From: Candidatus Woesearchaeota archaeon
GTDB lineage: Archaea > Nanobdellota > Nanobdellia > Woesearchaeales > GW2011-AR4
Reading direction: 5' to 3'
Length of the DNA: 58,373 nt
Assembly (NCBI GenBank): GCA_018303685.1
Contig: JAGVXS010000001.1
Span: 1-58,373 of the forward strand
Positions 8,442-17,553 of this stretch are shown piece by piece. Position numbers and translations under genes: made by a program. The notes below the pieces were generated by a model that did not search any database, was not told where the DNA came from, and saw only the letters and a program-made list of their open reading frames with translations. Within the stretch, counting starts at the first letter, position 1, and the number at the start of each line of letters is the position of its first letter.

Positions 8442-9524
8442 ATGTCCAATTCGTTCGGAACATTGTTCAGGATAACAACATGGGGCGAAAGCCATGGAAA
8501 GGCAATCGGGGTTGTAGTAGACGGATGCCCTGCCGGGCTTGAGCTGGGTGAAGAAGATGTGCAGAAAGAGCTTGACAAAAGGGCGCCAGGGCAGAGCGAG
8601 GTAATGAGCCCGAGAAAAGAGGCTGATAAAGCGGAGATTCTTTCAGGAGTATTTGAAGGCAAAACTACAGGAACCCCTATATCAATGATTATCTGCAACA
8701 AAGACGCAGATTCCTCAAAATATGAAAAAATAAAGCACTTGCTGAGGCCGGGGCATGCCGACTTCACTTACCAGGCTAAATACGGCTTTAGGGACTACAG
8801 GGGCGGAGGAAGAAGCTCTGCAAGGGAAACCGCTGCAAGGGTCGCTGCCGGCGCGATTGCAAAAAAATTGCTTGCAAAGCATGGAATAGTCATTATCGCT
8901 TATGTCAAAGAAATTGCCGGCATAAAAGCAACTAAAATAGACTATAAGGAGATTTACAAAAATAATGTTAGGTGTCCTGACAGGAGTGCAGCAAAAAAGA
9001 TGGAGCATGCTATCCTTAAAGCTAAAAACAGCGGAGATTCTGTCGGCGGCATCTGCGAAATTATAGCATTAAACTCCCCTGCTGGATTGGGCAAGCCTGT
9101 TTATAACAAGCTGGAATCAGACTTGGGCTCTGCAATACTGGGCATTAATGCTGTGAAAGGTATCGAGTTTGGCGCTGGATTTGAACTTGCAAAAATGAAA
9201 GGCAGTCAATCAAATGATGAATTCATTATAAAAAACAATAAGATTATCACTAAAACTAACAATCATGGAGGCATTCTTGGCGGGATTTCTACGGGCATGC
9301 CTATTGTAATAAGGGCAGTTGTAAAGCCCGCATCCAGCATATTAAAGAAGCAGCAGACAATCAACTATAAGACAATGAAGCGGGAAACAATCTCGGTGGA
9401 AGGCAGGCACGACCCCGCAACTATTGTGAGGTTTCCGCCTATAGCAGAGGCCATGGCTGCGATTGTGCTGGCAGACCACATGCTGATGGCGGGAAAGATA
9501 AATCCTGACAAGATTATAAAGTGA
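8442..9524 (+). CDS. aroC: Chorismate synthase
   Basis: FRITTWGESHG, GRSSARETAARVAAGA and GGISTG motifs, 360 aa. Confidence 0.93.
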   Translation: MSNSFGTLFRITTWGESHGKAIGVVVDGCPAGLELGEEDVQKELDKRAPGQSEVMSPRKEADKAEILSGVFEGKTTGTPISMIICNKDADSSKYEKIKHLLRPGHADFTYQAKYGFRDYRGGGRSSARETAARVAAGAIAKKLLAKHGIVIIAYVKEIAGIKATKIDYKEIYKNNVRCPDRSAAKKMEHAILKAKNSGDSVGGICEIIALNSPAGLGKPVYNKLESDLGSAILGINAVKGIEFGAGFELAKMKGSQSNDEFIIKNNKIITKTNNHGGILGGISTGMPIVIRAVVKPASSILKKQQTINYKTMKRETISVEGRHDPATIVRFPPIAEAMAAIVLADHMLMAGKINPDKIIK

Positions 9525-9529
9525 GTTCT

Positions 9530-10360
9530 ATGGTTACAATAGGCATAATTGGCGGCACCGGGCAGATGGGGCAGTTTTTCAGGAGATTTTTTGAGAAGAA
9601 CAAGTGCAGGGTTTTGACTGCGTCAAGGAAAACAAGGCTAAGCCCTGAGGAATGCGCAAAGCAAAGCGATGTTGTTTTGGTTTCTGTGCCAATAGAAGTG
9701 ACTGTGGGTGTAATCAAAAAAATAGCCCGTTACATCAGCAAAAATTCCCTGTTGATTGATACAACCTCCATTAAAAATGAGCCTGTCAAAGCCATGCTTA
9801 AGCATGCAAAATGCGAGGTTATTGGAATGCACCCTGTTTTTGGGCCGAATGTAAAGTCATTGAGAAACCAGACTGTTGTTTTGTGCCCAGCAAGAACAAA
9901 AAAATGGCTGCAGTGGCTGAAAGACATTTTCGAGAAAAATGGCGCAAGGGTAAAACTATCAACTCCTGAAAAGCATGACGAGATGATGTCCGTAATACAG
10001 GGCTTAAATCACTTCAGCACTTTGAGCGTTGCCCATGCCATGAAAAAGCTCGGGATTAGCGTGAAAGAAAGCCTGGAATACGCAAGCCCAGTTTACAGGC
10101 TGAGGATGGCGATGGTCGGCAGGATATTAAACCAGGACCCAAGCCTGTATGCAAGCATAGAGATGATGAATCCAAAAAACAAAGACGTGTTAAAGGCTTA
10201 TGCAGAATCCTCAAAAAAGCTCAGGAGTATAATTGAAACAAAGGATACAAAGGCATTTTTGGAGTACTTTAATGAATGCTCTGAATTTTTTGGCGGCTTT
10301 AACGAGGAGGCTGAGGAATTAAGCGATTACCTGATAGATCAGATGGTGAAAAGAAAATGA
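9530..10360 (+). CDS. tyrA: Prephenate dehydrogenase
   Basis: Rossmann start MVTIGIIGGTGQMG and the HPVFGP motif. An alternative GTG start at 9521 would give a GTGA overlap with the aroC stop. Confidence 0.85.
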   Translation: MVTIGIIGGTGQMGQFFRRFFEKNKCRVLTASRKTRLSPEECAKQSDVVLVSVPIEVTVGVIKKIARYISKNSLLIDTTSIKNEPVKAMLKHAKCEVIGMHPVFGPNVKSLRNQTVVLCPARTKKWLQWLKDIFEKNGARVKLSTPEKHDEMMSVIQGLNHFSTLSVAHAMKKLGISVKESLEYASPVYRLRMAMVGRILNQDPSLYASIEMMNPKNKDVLKAYAESSKKLRSIIETKDTKAFLEYFNECSEFFGGFNEEAEELSDYLIDQMVKRK

Positions 10361-11166
10361 GAATAGCGACCCTTGGCCCGGAAGGCACTTTCAGCCATGA
10401 AGCTTTACTAAAGTACGACAAGAAGGCAGCAACCTTGTTTGCAGGCACAATCAGGGATGTCTTTGAGGCTGTTGCAGAAGGCAAAGCAGGATGCGGAGTT
10501 GTGCCCATTGAGAATTCAGTTGCAGGGACTGTCGGACAGACTTTAGACTGCCTGATGGAATACAAACTTAAGGTAAAGGCAGAGGAAATACTGCTAATAA
10601 AACACAACCTTGCCGGAAGTGGAAAAATTAGCGGAATAAAAAAAATTTACCTGCATCCGCAGACTTATGGGCAGTGCGAGCTTTTTATCAAAAAAACCCT
10701 GCCAAAGGCTGAAGTAATACAAACATCGAGCAACGGCAAATCAGCTGAAATGCTTGCCAAATCAAAGTCAAAGGAAGAGGCAGCCATAATACCTAAAATC
10801 GCTGCTGATATATACGGGCTTAAGATACTGAAAAAGGATGTGCAGGACGCAAAGTTCAACGTTACAAGATTTTTTGTGATTGCAAAGAGCGACAGCAAAA
10901 AAACCGGCTATGACAGGACAAGCATAGCTCTATATCCCCAAGTTGACAGGCCAGGATTGCTTTACGAGATGCTTGGCGAGTTTGCAAAAAGGAAGATTAA
11001 CCTAACAAAAATTGAGTCAAGGCCTTCGAAAGGAAAGCTTGGCGACTATATCTTTTACATAGACTTTGAAGGGCATAAATCAGAAAAGCACGTAGGAGAA
11101 GCCCTAAACCAGCTGGAAAAATCCGCGTTTGTAGCAGTGCTTGGCAGCTACCAGAGAAAATATTAG
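10357..11166 (+). CDS. pheA: Prephenate dehydratase with C-terminal ACT domain
   Basis: GPEGTFSHEA start, the TRF motif (NVTRFFVI), and an ACT-like tail with ESRP (LTKIESRPSK). No chorismate mutase domain. ATGA overlap with the tyrA stop. Confidence 0.9.
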   Translation: MRIATLGPEGTFSHEALLKYDKKAATLFAGTIRDVFEAVAEGKAGCGVVPIENSVAGTVGQTLDCLMEYKLKVKAEEILLIKHNLAGSGKISGIKKIYLHPQTYGQCELFIKKTLPKAEVIQTSSNGKSAEMLAKSKSKEEAAIIPKIAADIYGLKILKKDVQDAKFNVTRFFVIAKSDSKKTGYDRTSIALYPQVDRPGLLYEMLGEFAKRKINLTKIESRPSKGKLGDYIFYIDFEGHKSEKHVGEALNQLEKSAFVAVLGSYQRKY

Positions 11167-11170
11167 CAAA

Positions 11171-12691
11171 ATGGACATCAAGAAACTGGCAGAAAGCCTG
11201 AATCCAGTCGAGAGAAAAGTTGTGAAGATTCTTGATAATTTCAGCTCTTTCCATGACATTGTGAAAGTCACCGGGCTTAAGGATGTCGAGGCTGCAAGGG
11301 CATTGCAGTGGCTCCAAAACAAGAGCGTCATAAGGCTAAAGGAAGAGCAGAAAGAGCTTGTTTCTCTTGATGAAAACGGCGGAAAATACCTGAAATATGG
11401 GTTGCCTGAAAAAAGGTTTTTGGAGCTGCTGGAAAAACCGGCTGGCATAAGCGAATTAAGGAAAAAAACCGGGCTAAGCGATGAGGAAATTTCAATATCG
11501 CTTGGAGTCTTAAAATCAAAGGCGGCGATTGAGATACAAAAGGGCAAGGATATTATTGTTTCAATAACCGACAACGGAAGGCATCTGCTGAAGAAAGGCT
11601 TTATTGAAGAGCAATTTCTCAAAGAGAATTTTCCAAGAGATGTTGTATCCCTTAATGAAGAGGAAAGATTTGTGCTTGACAATCTAAGAAAAAGAAAAAG
11701 AATTGTAAAGGTTGAGCTAACAAAAATGGTGAATGCCGAGCTTACTGATATAGGCAAGAAATTGTTAAAAGAGAAACTTGAAGAAGGCTTAATGGAAAAA
11801 ATAACTCCATCTTTAATAAAAACCGGCGCTTGGAAAAATAAAAAATTCAGGCGCTTTGATGTAAAGATCAACGTCCCTTCGATTTTTGCAGGGAGAAAAC
11901 AGCACTACAGGAGATTTCTCGAAGAGGTGAGGCAGAAATTTGTTGCTCTTGGATTCAAGGAAATGACTGGGCCTGTTGTTGAAAGCGATTTCTGGGATAT
12001 GGATTCATTGTACATGCCCCAGTTCCATTCGGCAAGGGACATCCACCAGGGCTATTACATAAAAGAGCCCAAGTATGCAAAAGATTTGCCTGAGAATGCT
12101 GTTAAGAATGTAAAAGCTGCGCATGAAAACGGCTTTGGGACCGGAAGCAGAGGCTGGCGCTATGATTTTGACGTGAAAAAAACCCGCAGGCACATCCTAA
12201 GGACTCATGACACCTCAATATCAGCAAGAACTCTGGCTTCAAGGGAGCTGAAAATTCCCGGCAAATATTTCCAGATTGCAAGATGCTTCAGGTACGATGT
12301 GATTGACGCAACGCACCTGCCTGACTTCAACCAGGTTGGGGGGTTTGTGATAGAGGATGGCATGAATTTCGGGCACTTAAAGGCCCTGCTGAAGCTCTTT
12401 GCAAAGGAGTTTGCAGAGACAGAGGAAGTGAGGGTAAAACCGAGCTATTTCCCGTTTACGGAGCCGAGCGCTGAACTGCAGGCAAAGCACCCTGAGATGG
12501 GGTGGATAGAGCTTGCAGGAGCAGGCATTTTCCGCCCGGAATTGGTCAAGCCGTTGGTCGGGAAAGAAGTGCCAGTTATTGCGTGGGGAGTCGGACTGGA
12601 CAGGCTGGCAATGTTCAAGCTCGGAGTAAAAGACATAAGACAATTATTTTCACATGACTTGGAGTTTTTAAGAAATGCAAAAGTAGTCTGA
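11171..12691 (+). CDS. pheS: Phenylalanine--tRNA ligase alpha subunit (archaeal type)
   Basis: N-terminal winged-helix repeats and a class II core (FRYD..DATH, FPFTEPS, GAGIFRPE, GVGLDRLAM). The start is set at ATG 11171, 5 nt after the pheA stop. Confidence 0.92.
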   Translation: MDIKKLAESLNPVERKVVKILDNFSSFHDIVKVTGLKDVEAARALQWLQNKSVIRLKEEQKELVSLDENGGKYLKYGLPEKRFLELLEKPAGISELRKKTGLSDEEISISLGVLKSKAAIEIQKGKDIIVSITDNGRHLLKKGFIEEQFLKENFPRDVVSLNEEERFVLDNLRKRKRIVKVELTKMVNAELTDIGKKLLKEKLEEGLMEKITPSLIKTGAWKNKKFRRFDVKINVPSIFAGRKQHYRRFLEEVRQKFVALGFKEMTGPVVESDFWDMDSLYMPQFHSARDIHQGYYIKEPKYAKDLPENAVKNVKAAHENGFGTGSRGWRYDFDVKKTRRHILRTHDTSISARTLASRELKIPGKYFQIARCFRYDVIDATHLPDFNQVGGFVIEDGMNFGHLKALLKLFAKEFAETEEVRVKPSYFPFTEPSAELQAKHPEMGWIELAGAGIFRPELVKPLVGKEVPVIAWGVGLDRLAMFKLGVKDIRQLFSHDLEFLRNAKVV

Positions 12692-12694
12692 ATA

Positions 12695-14359
12695 ATGGAT
12701 AAAATGCCGACTATAACCTTTTCACTAAAAGATTTGCAGCGTTTGGTAGGCAAAAAACTGGAGATTGAGGAAGTTACAGAGCTTGCGCATTACGGAAAGG
12801 GTGATGTTGACAGCTATGACAGGGAAACTGATGAAGTAAAAATTGATTTTGGCGACACTAACCTGCCTTATTTGTGGAGCTCAGAGGGATTTGCACGATT
12901 GATAAAGGGAATACTCGGAATGCAAAAAGGCGTTCCTGAAATAAAGCTGCAAAAAGGCGATTATCAAGTCATTGTTGACAAGTCGGTTGCAAAAATACGG
13001 CCTTTCATTGCCTGCTTTGCGGCAAAAGGCAGGAAGATTGACGACTATCTGCTTAAGCAGCTTGTGCAGCTGCAGGAAAAGTTCTGCGAGACTTACGGAA
13101 GAAGAAGGCAGAAGGTTTCAATCGGATTGTATTCCTATAAAAGGCTCGCTTTTCCCGTCCACTACAAGGCAGTTTCCCATTCTATTGAGTTTGTGCCTTT
13201 GGAGTTCAAGGCAAAAATGAGCCTGAAAGAGATACTTGCAGAGCATCCAAAGGGAAAAGAGTACGCATGGATTCTTGAGGGATTTGACAAGTATCCTGCG
13301 CTTATTGACGACAAAAACGAAATGATGAGCTTTATACCTATAATCAACTCAAATTTTACAGGAAAGCTTGAAATTGGAGACGAGAACCTGTTTTTTGAGG
13401 CCACCGGAACTGATGAGGAAGCTGTTAATCTGGCTGCAAACATATTTGCTTATGCCCTGGCTGACAGGGGATTTGGCATTTATTCCGCAGAGATAAAATA
13501 CCCTGGCAGAAAGGCTGTTGCCCCATGCATGAAAAGCGAGAGCATTCACATAAAGAATGAGCAGATAAAAAGGTTATTTGGATTGGAACTTAAAGATAAT
13601 GAAGTAAAATATCTTCTTGAAAAGGCGCAGTATAATTATAGTGATTATAAAGTTGAGATTCCGCCTTACAGGCAGGACATAATGCATCCTTTTGATGTCA
13701 TAGAGGATATCGGAATTATGTATGGGTATGATAATGTAAAAGAGCTTCCACTAACTACCTATACAACAGGCTCTGCACTTAAGTTAAACGAGTTTATTGA
13801 TAAAGTAAGGGAGATTATTGTTGGGATTGAATATCAGGAAGTCATGAGCGCCATACTGACTAATAAGGATTTCCTGTATAAAAAAATGAATATCGGGGAT
13901 TTTGGGACTATTGAAATTGAGGACTTCATGTCGGAGAACTACTCTGCCATAAGGAGCTGGATTCTTCCAAATCTGATGGAGGTTTTCTCAAAGAACAAGC
14001 ATGTAGAGTTTCCGCAGAAAATCTTTGAGGAAGGCATTGTCAATGTGAGAAAAAGTGGGGAAATTGCTGATTTTAACAGGATTGCAATTGCGAGCTCCCA
14101 TGAAAAATCAAACTACACGGAAATGAGGCAAGTGCTTGATTACATAATGAAATGCTTTGGGCTAAAGTGCGACATTGAGGAAGCAGAGCACGGCTCTTTT
14201 ATTGAAGGGAGATGCGCAAGGGCAATTGTCCATGGAAAGAAAATTGCTTATCTAGGGGAAATAAACCCGCAAGTTCTGGAAAACTGGAATTTGGATATGC
14301 CTGTTGCCGCGATGGAATTGAATTTGAGCGAGATGTTTGAAGTGGTGGAGAAGAAATAG
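12695..14359 (+). CDS. pheT: Phenylalanine--tRNA ligase beta subunit (archaeal type)
   Basis: 554 aa with B3/4- and B5-like regions (PPYRQDIMHPFDVIEDI). Starts 4 nt after the pheS stop. Confidence 0.9.
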   Translation: MDKMPTITFSLKDLQRLVGKKLEIEEVTELAHYGKGDVDSYDRETDEVKIDFGDTNLPYLWSSEGFARLIKGILGMQKGVPEIKLQKGDYQVIVDKSVAKIRPFIACFAAKGRKIDDYLLKQLVQLQEKFCETYGRRRQKVSIGLYSYKRLAFPVHYKAVSHSIEFVPLEFKAKMSLKEILAEHPKGKEYAWILEGFDKYPALIDDKNEMMSFIPIINSNFTGKLEIGDENLFFEATGTDEEAVNLAANIFAYALADRGFGIYSAEIKYPGRKAVAPCMKSESIHIKNEQIKRLFGLELKDNEVKYLLEKAQYNYSDYKVEIPPYRQDIMHPFDVIEDIGIMYGYDNVKELPLTTYTTGSALKLNEFIDKVREIIVGIEYQEVMSAILTNKDFLYKKMNIGDFGTIEIEDFMSENYSAIRSWILPNLMEVFSKNKHVEFPQKIFEEGIVNVRKSGEIADFNRIAIASSHEKSNYTEMRQVLDYIMKCFGLKCDIEEAEHGSFIEGRCARAIVHGKKIAYLGEINPQVLENWNLDMPVAAMELNLSEMFEVVEKK

Positions 14360-14406
14360 ATGATTTTTGCTAAATATTTATAAATAAATGGGTTAAATAT
14401 ACTTTT

Positions 14407-15279
14407 ATGTCACTATTTGAAATCCAGTCAGAAAAAGCAAAAAAAATTCTTAGAAGAGAATTTGGTGATGAAAGAAAAGGACTACAAAAATTTATTGACG
14501 ATAATTTAGAAATACTTTTAGGTATACGTTTTATTGAAAAATGGTATTCAATACCTAATGGAGAGATTGATACTCTAGGTTTGGACGATTCGTATACTCC
14601 TGTTATAATAGAATATAAAAGAAAGCAAGATTCAACTGCAATTAATCAAGGTATATTTTATTTACAATGGTTAAAACAAAATAAAAGAACATTTGAAATG
14701 CTTGCACGAGAAAAATTAGGTAAAGATACAAAGATTGATTGGTTACAACAACCACGATTGATTGTTATAGCACAAGAATTTAGTCCTTGGGATTTAGCTT
14801 TGATAAATGAGACTAAATCACCGATAGAGTTAAAAAAATACGCTTATTATGGAAAGATGTTTTCTATTGAAGATGTAAATATTATTGATACCAAAGTTAA
14901 AGCTAGGGGTGGGGAATATAAAGAAGAAACTATATTAAATTATACTATTGAGCGTCATTTAAAAAAACCTATTGAACAAATAAAGGAACTATTTGAAGTA
15001 CTAAGAAAGAGTATTTTGGCACTTGGTGATGATGTAGAAGAGAACCCCACAAAATGGTGGATTCAATATAAAGCCCCTAATATATTTACAGCAGTTTCAT
15101 TATATAAGAAGAAAATACAGATTTGGATTAAAATTGACGAAGATGTTTTTAAAGACCCAAAAAAGATTGTTAAGACAATGAAGTGGAATCCTCCACATCA
15201 TTTTACTATAAATTCAAAGGAGGAGATTCCTTATGCAATGGATTTGATAAAACAAGCATATATTTTTGTGTCAAGTTAA
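14407..15279 (+). CDS. NucS/DUF91-like PD-(D/E)XK nuclease domain fused to a DUF5655-like C-terminal domain
   Basis: GEIDTLGLDDSYTPVIIEYKRKQD is the classic D..(D/E)xK core of NucS-like nucleases. The C-terminal half resembles DUF5655 (WWIQYKAPNIFTAV..IQIWIKID). AT-rich; TATA at 14377-14384 is consistent with a leaderless start. Confidence 0.6.
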   Translation: MSLFEIQSEKAKKILRREFGDERKGLQKFIDDNLEILLGIRFIEKWYSIPNGEIDTLGLDDSYTPVIIEYKRKQDSTAINQGIFYLQWLKQNKRTFEMLAREKLGKDTKIDWLQQPRLIVIAQEFSPWDLALINETKSPIELKKYAYYGKMFSIEDVNIIDTKVKARGGEYKEETILNYTIERHLKKPIEQIKELFEVLRKSILALGDDVEENPTKWWIQYKAPNIFTAVSLYKKKIQIWIKIDEDVFKDPKKIVKTMKWNPPHHFTINSKEEIPYAMDLIKQAYIFVSS

Positions 15280-15290
15280 AATTTTAAAAA

Positions 15291-15821
15291 TCACTCATTT
15301 TTCTTAGGAGTTGTTTTCTTCGGGACTTTCTTCTCATTTGGCTTTGCTTCTTTCCTTTCTTTGTGCTCTTTATGCCCGTGTTCGTGCTTTTCTTCCTTTG
15401 CCTCAGCCAATCCTGCCTTATCCTCCAAAGTAGTCTCTTTAATCTCTTGGGCTTCTTCCTTTTTCTTTGGCTTGAATATGTCCATTAATTTTCTCTTTTC
15501 TTCCTTCAGTTTCCTTAATTGCTCCGGAGTTTTTCTTTTTGCCTTTGGCTTCTGTGTTTTTGGCTTTGGTTTTGTCTGCCTGGCTTTTATTCCTAATTCT
15601 TCCAAAGCTTTTGCAACAGCCTCATGAGAAGCATTCTTTTCTATCTTTATGACCTGATTTAACGGCTCTATATGAAGGATGTTGGCTTTTCTTCTTCTTG
15701 TTTCTCCATCTACAAGCACAAATTTGTCATCCAGAATACCGATAATAACTCCTTTTTTGCCAGCATCCCTGCCGGCAACTTTAACCACAACCCTTCCAAT
15801 CTCAATCATTTTTTCCTCCAA
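15291..15821 (-). CDS. rpl14e: 50S ribosomal protein L14e with long Lys/Glu-rich C-terminal extension
   Basis: KOW-type N-terminus IEIGRVVVKVAGRDAGKKGVII, followed by an approximately 90-aa K/E/P-rich tail. Confidence 0.85.
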   Translation of the reverse strand: MEEKMIEIGRVVVKVAGRDAGKKGVIIGILDDKFVLVDGETRRRKANILHIEPLNQVIKIEKNASHEAVAKALEELGIKARQTKPKPKTQKPKAKRKTPEQLRKLKEEKRKLMDIFKPKKKEEAQEIKETTLEDKAGLAEAKEEKHEHGHKEHKERKEAKPNEKKVPKKTTPKKNE

Positions 15822-15913
15822 TCACATTAAACAAGCAGTGTCACCATCTGCTCAAGTGATTTCTTTGCTGTTTTGTTATGTTTGATTATGAAATTTTTTA
15901 TTTATTGAATATT

Positions 15914-16180
15914 TTACTGCCTGAATTTATCAATTATCGTTCTTCTCATGCATCTGCTGCAAAGAACGCCTCCAAACGGCCTTTCCGGCCTTTTTTTTGT
16001 CTTTGCCATGCTCCTCATCTTATAGGGCAGTTCTCTTGGGACTCCTTTAAGCAAAGCCCCGCAATTGCCGCATCTTGCCTGTTTGTGCTTCTTTCTCTTG
16101 TAATGAATGCTTGTTCTTCCGCCCGGCACTCTCCTGAATACTTTTCTCAGGCTTCTTGACCTTAATCTTGGCGCTGGCAT
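15914..16180 (-). CDS. rpl34e: 50S ribosomal protein L34e
   Basis: LRSRSLRKVFRRVPGGRT..CGNCGALLKGVP is a typical L34e sequence. Confidence 0.88.
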   Translation of the reverse strand: MPAPRLRSRSLRKVFRRVPGGRTSIHYKRKKHKQARCGNCGALLKGVPRELPYKMRSMAKTKKRPERPFGGVLCSRCMRRTIIDKFRQ

Positions 16181-16313
16181 ATCATGAAGAAAAATATGTC
16201 AATTTATAAAGGTTATGAAATCCTTCAATGATTTCATAGCCCGGGAAAAACTTCGTTTTTTCGCTGGTTAGCATAATGTTTAAATAGGAATGGCACAAAA
16301 CAAATCCCATAAT

Positions 16314-16808
16314 ATGCCTAAAATTTTGAGCTCGAAAAAAGGGGTGTCCCCGTTAATAGCAACGATTCTTCTGATAGCCTTTGCTGTGGCGCTTGGCTCT
16401 GTAGTTATGAACTGGGGATTAAACCTTGACTTGGGAAAGTCTGCTGACAAGTGCAGGAGTATAGAGATGAAGCTGAGGGAGATTGATTCGGCTGAGGCGT
16501 GCTTCGGCGGATTTGGGCAGAATGGCTACATAAATTTTGTAATAGACAATACAGGAACTGATGACATAAGCGGATTGGCCATATGGATTGTGGGCGACAA
16601 GGGCACAAGGCTTTTTGAATTGGACAGCATTCTGATAAAAAAAGACTCTTTGTACGACAAAAAGGACAAGGAAGTGAGCTATGATTTCACGGCTTACGGC
16701 AACATAAATCAAGTGCAGTTCATACCAAAAGCCAAGGCTGAGCAGGCAACTGAAATATGCCCTAAAAATGCCGTGAAGACCGAGAAGATCGGGGCCTGCA
16801 GTCAGTAA
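16314..16808 (+). CDS. Archaeal type IV pilin-like protein (class III signal peptide)
   Basis: MPKILSSKKG/VSPLIATILLIAFAVALGSVV is the archaeal prepilin/DUF361-type N-terminus. TATA at 16279-16286 fits ATG 16314 better than the track start at 16290. Confidence 0.7.
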   Translation: MPKILSSKKGVSPLIATILLIAFAVALGSVVMNWGLNLDLGKSADKCRSIEMKLREIDSAEACFGGFGQNGYINFVIDNTGTDDISGLAIWIVGDKGTRLFELDSILIKKDSLYDKKDKEVSYDFTAYGNINQVQFIPKAKAEQATEICPKNAVKTEKIGACSQ

Positions 16809-17548
16809 ACCTTCAGCAGCTTCCTCAGAACAGTTGTGAATATTATTGACAGTATTATATAAGTCCATATCCAGCTGAGCTTCAATCCAAATAAGTTGAG
16901 TATTTTCTTTGGCTTGTAGCCGATTTGTATCAGCTTGATTGCGCCATCAAATTTTTTTGCCGGGGCGAGGTACTTGCTGCCGCTTGAAATCAGCACATTG
17001 TGCTGCCGCTTTTCGCCGTCGTAAACAAACTCCAGCACATGCTCGCCTTCCTCACCCTTTAATTTCCATGCTGCCTGGCTATTCTCAATTTTCTGGGATT
17101 TGGCGCCTATAATCCCCAGCCCGTCCTGAGCAATAAGCTCTGTATTCCCATTTATGTTTTTTTCAAAAAAAGCCGTGACAGAGAACTCCTGGCCAGGCTT
17201 GATGCTTTCATATGCAAAATGAGAGTTGGCCCATGCAAATATGAATATGATGGGGATTAACGTTATCAATGTAGGCTTCAGGGAATGGGTAAGGTACTGC
17301 ATATTGACTTCCATTGCCTTTTTCTGGGCTTCCATTGCCTTTGCAGGCTCGTGCTTTAATTCCTTTACGCGCTTTTGGTGCTCCTTCATGTCGTCTTTCA
17401 GCTTTTTCATCAAGCTTTGATCGGTGGTGTATTTTGTGATTATAATTACTATTGAAGAGACTATAAATGCCAGTATTATAACTGCTAATGCCACAGGCAG
17501 CTTAAGCAATGGTGCGAATATGATGTTCAAAAAATCAAAATATGCCAT
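16802..17548 (-). CDS. DUF106/EMC3-TMCO1-like (Oxa1 superfamily) membrane insertase homolog with an inserted soluble domain
   Basis: TM1, a coiled coil (MKKLKDDMKEHQKRVKELK..AMEAQKKAMEVN) and TM2 occupy the canonical post-secY position. An approximately 100-aa beta-rich insert precedes the last TM. Confidence 0.7.
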   Translation of the reverse strand: MAYFDFLNIIFAPLLKLPVALAVIILAFIVSSIVIIITKYTTDQSLMKKLKDDMKEHQKRVKELKHEPAKAMEAQKKAMEVNMQYLTHSLKPTLITLIPIIFIFAWANSHFAYESIKPGQEFSVTAFFEKNINGNTELIAQDGLGIIGAKSQKIENSQAAWKLKGEEGEHVLEFVYDGEKRQHNVLISSGSKYLAPAKKFDGAIKLIQIGYKPKKILNLFGLKLSWIWTYIILSIIFTTVLRKLLKVY

Positions 17549-17553
17549 TTGTG

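Noticed and set aside
11104-11871. 255-aa minus-strand ORF antisense to pheS
   Set aside because: Its S/F/L-rich low-complexity translation is the mirror image of Lys/Glu-rich coding sequence. The plus strand carries an unmistakable PheRS-alpha, and the ORF has no promoter or motif of its own.
12972-13220. 82-aa alternative-frame plus-strand ORF inside pheT
   Set aside because: It lies in an alternative frame of a strongly supported gene, and its Arg/Ser/Leu-rich composition is typical of off-frame translation.
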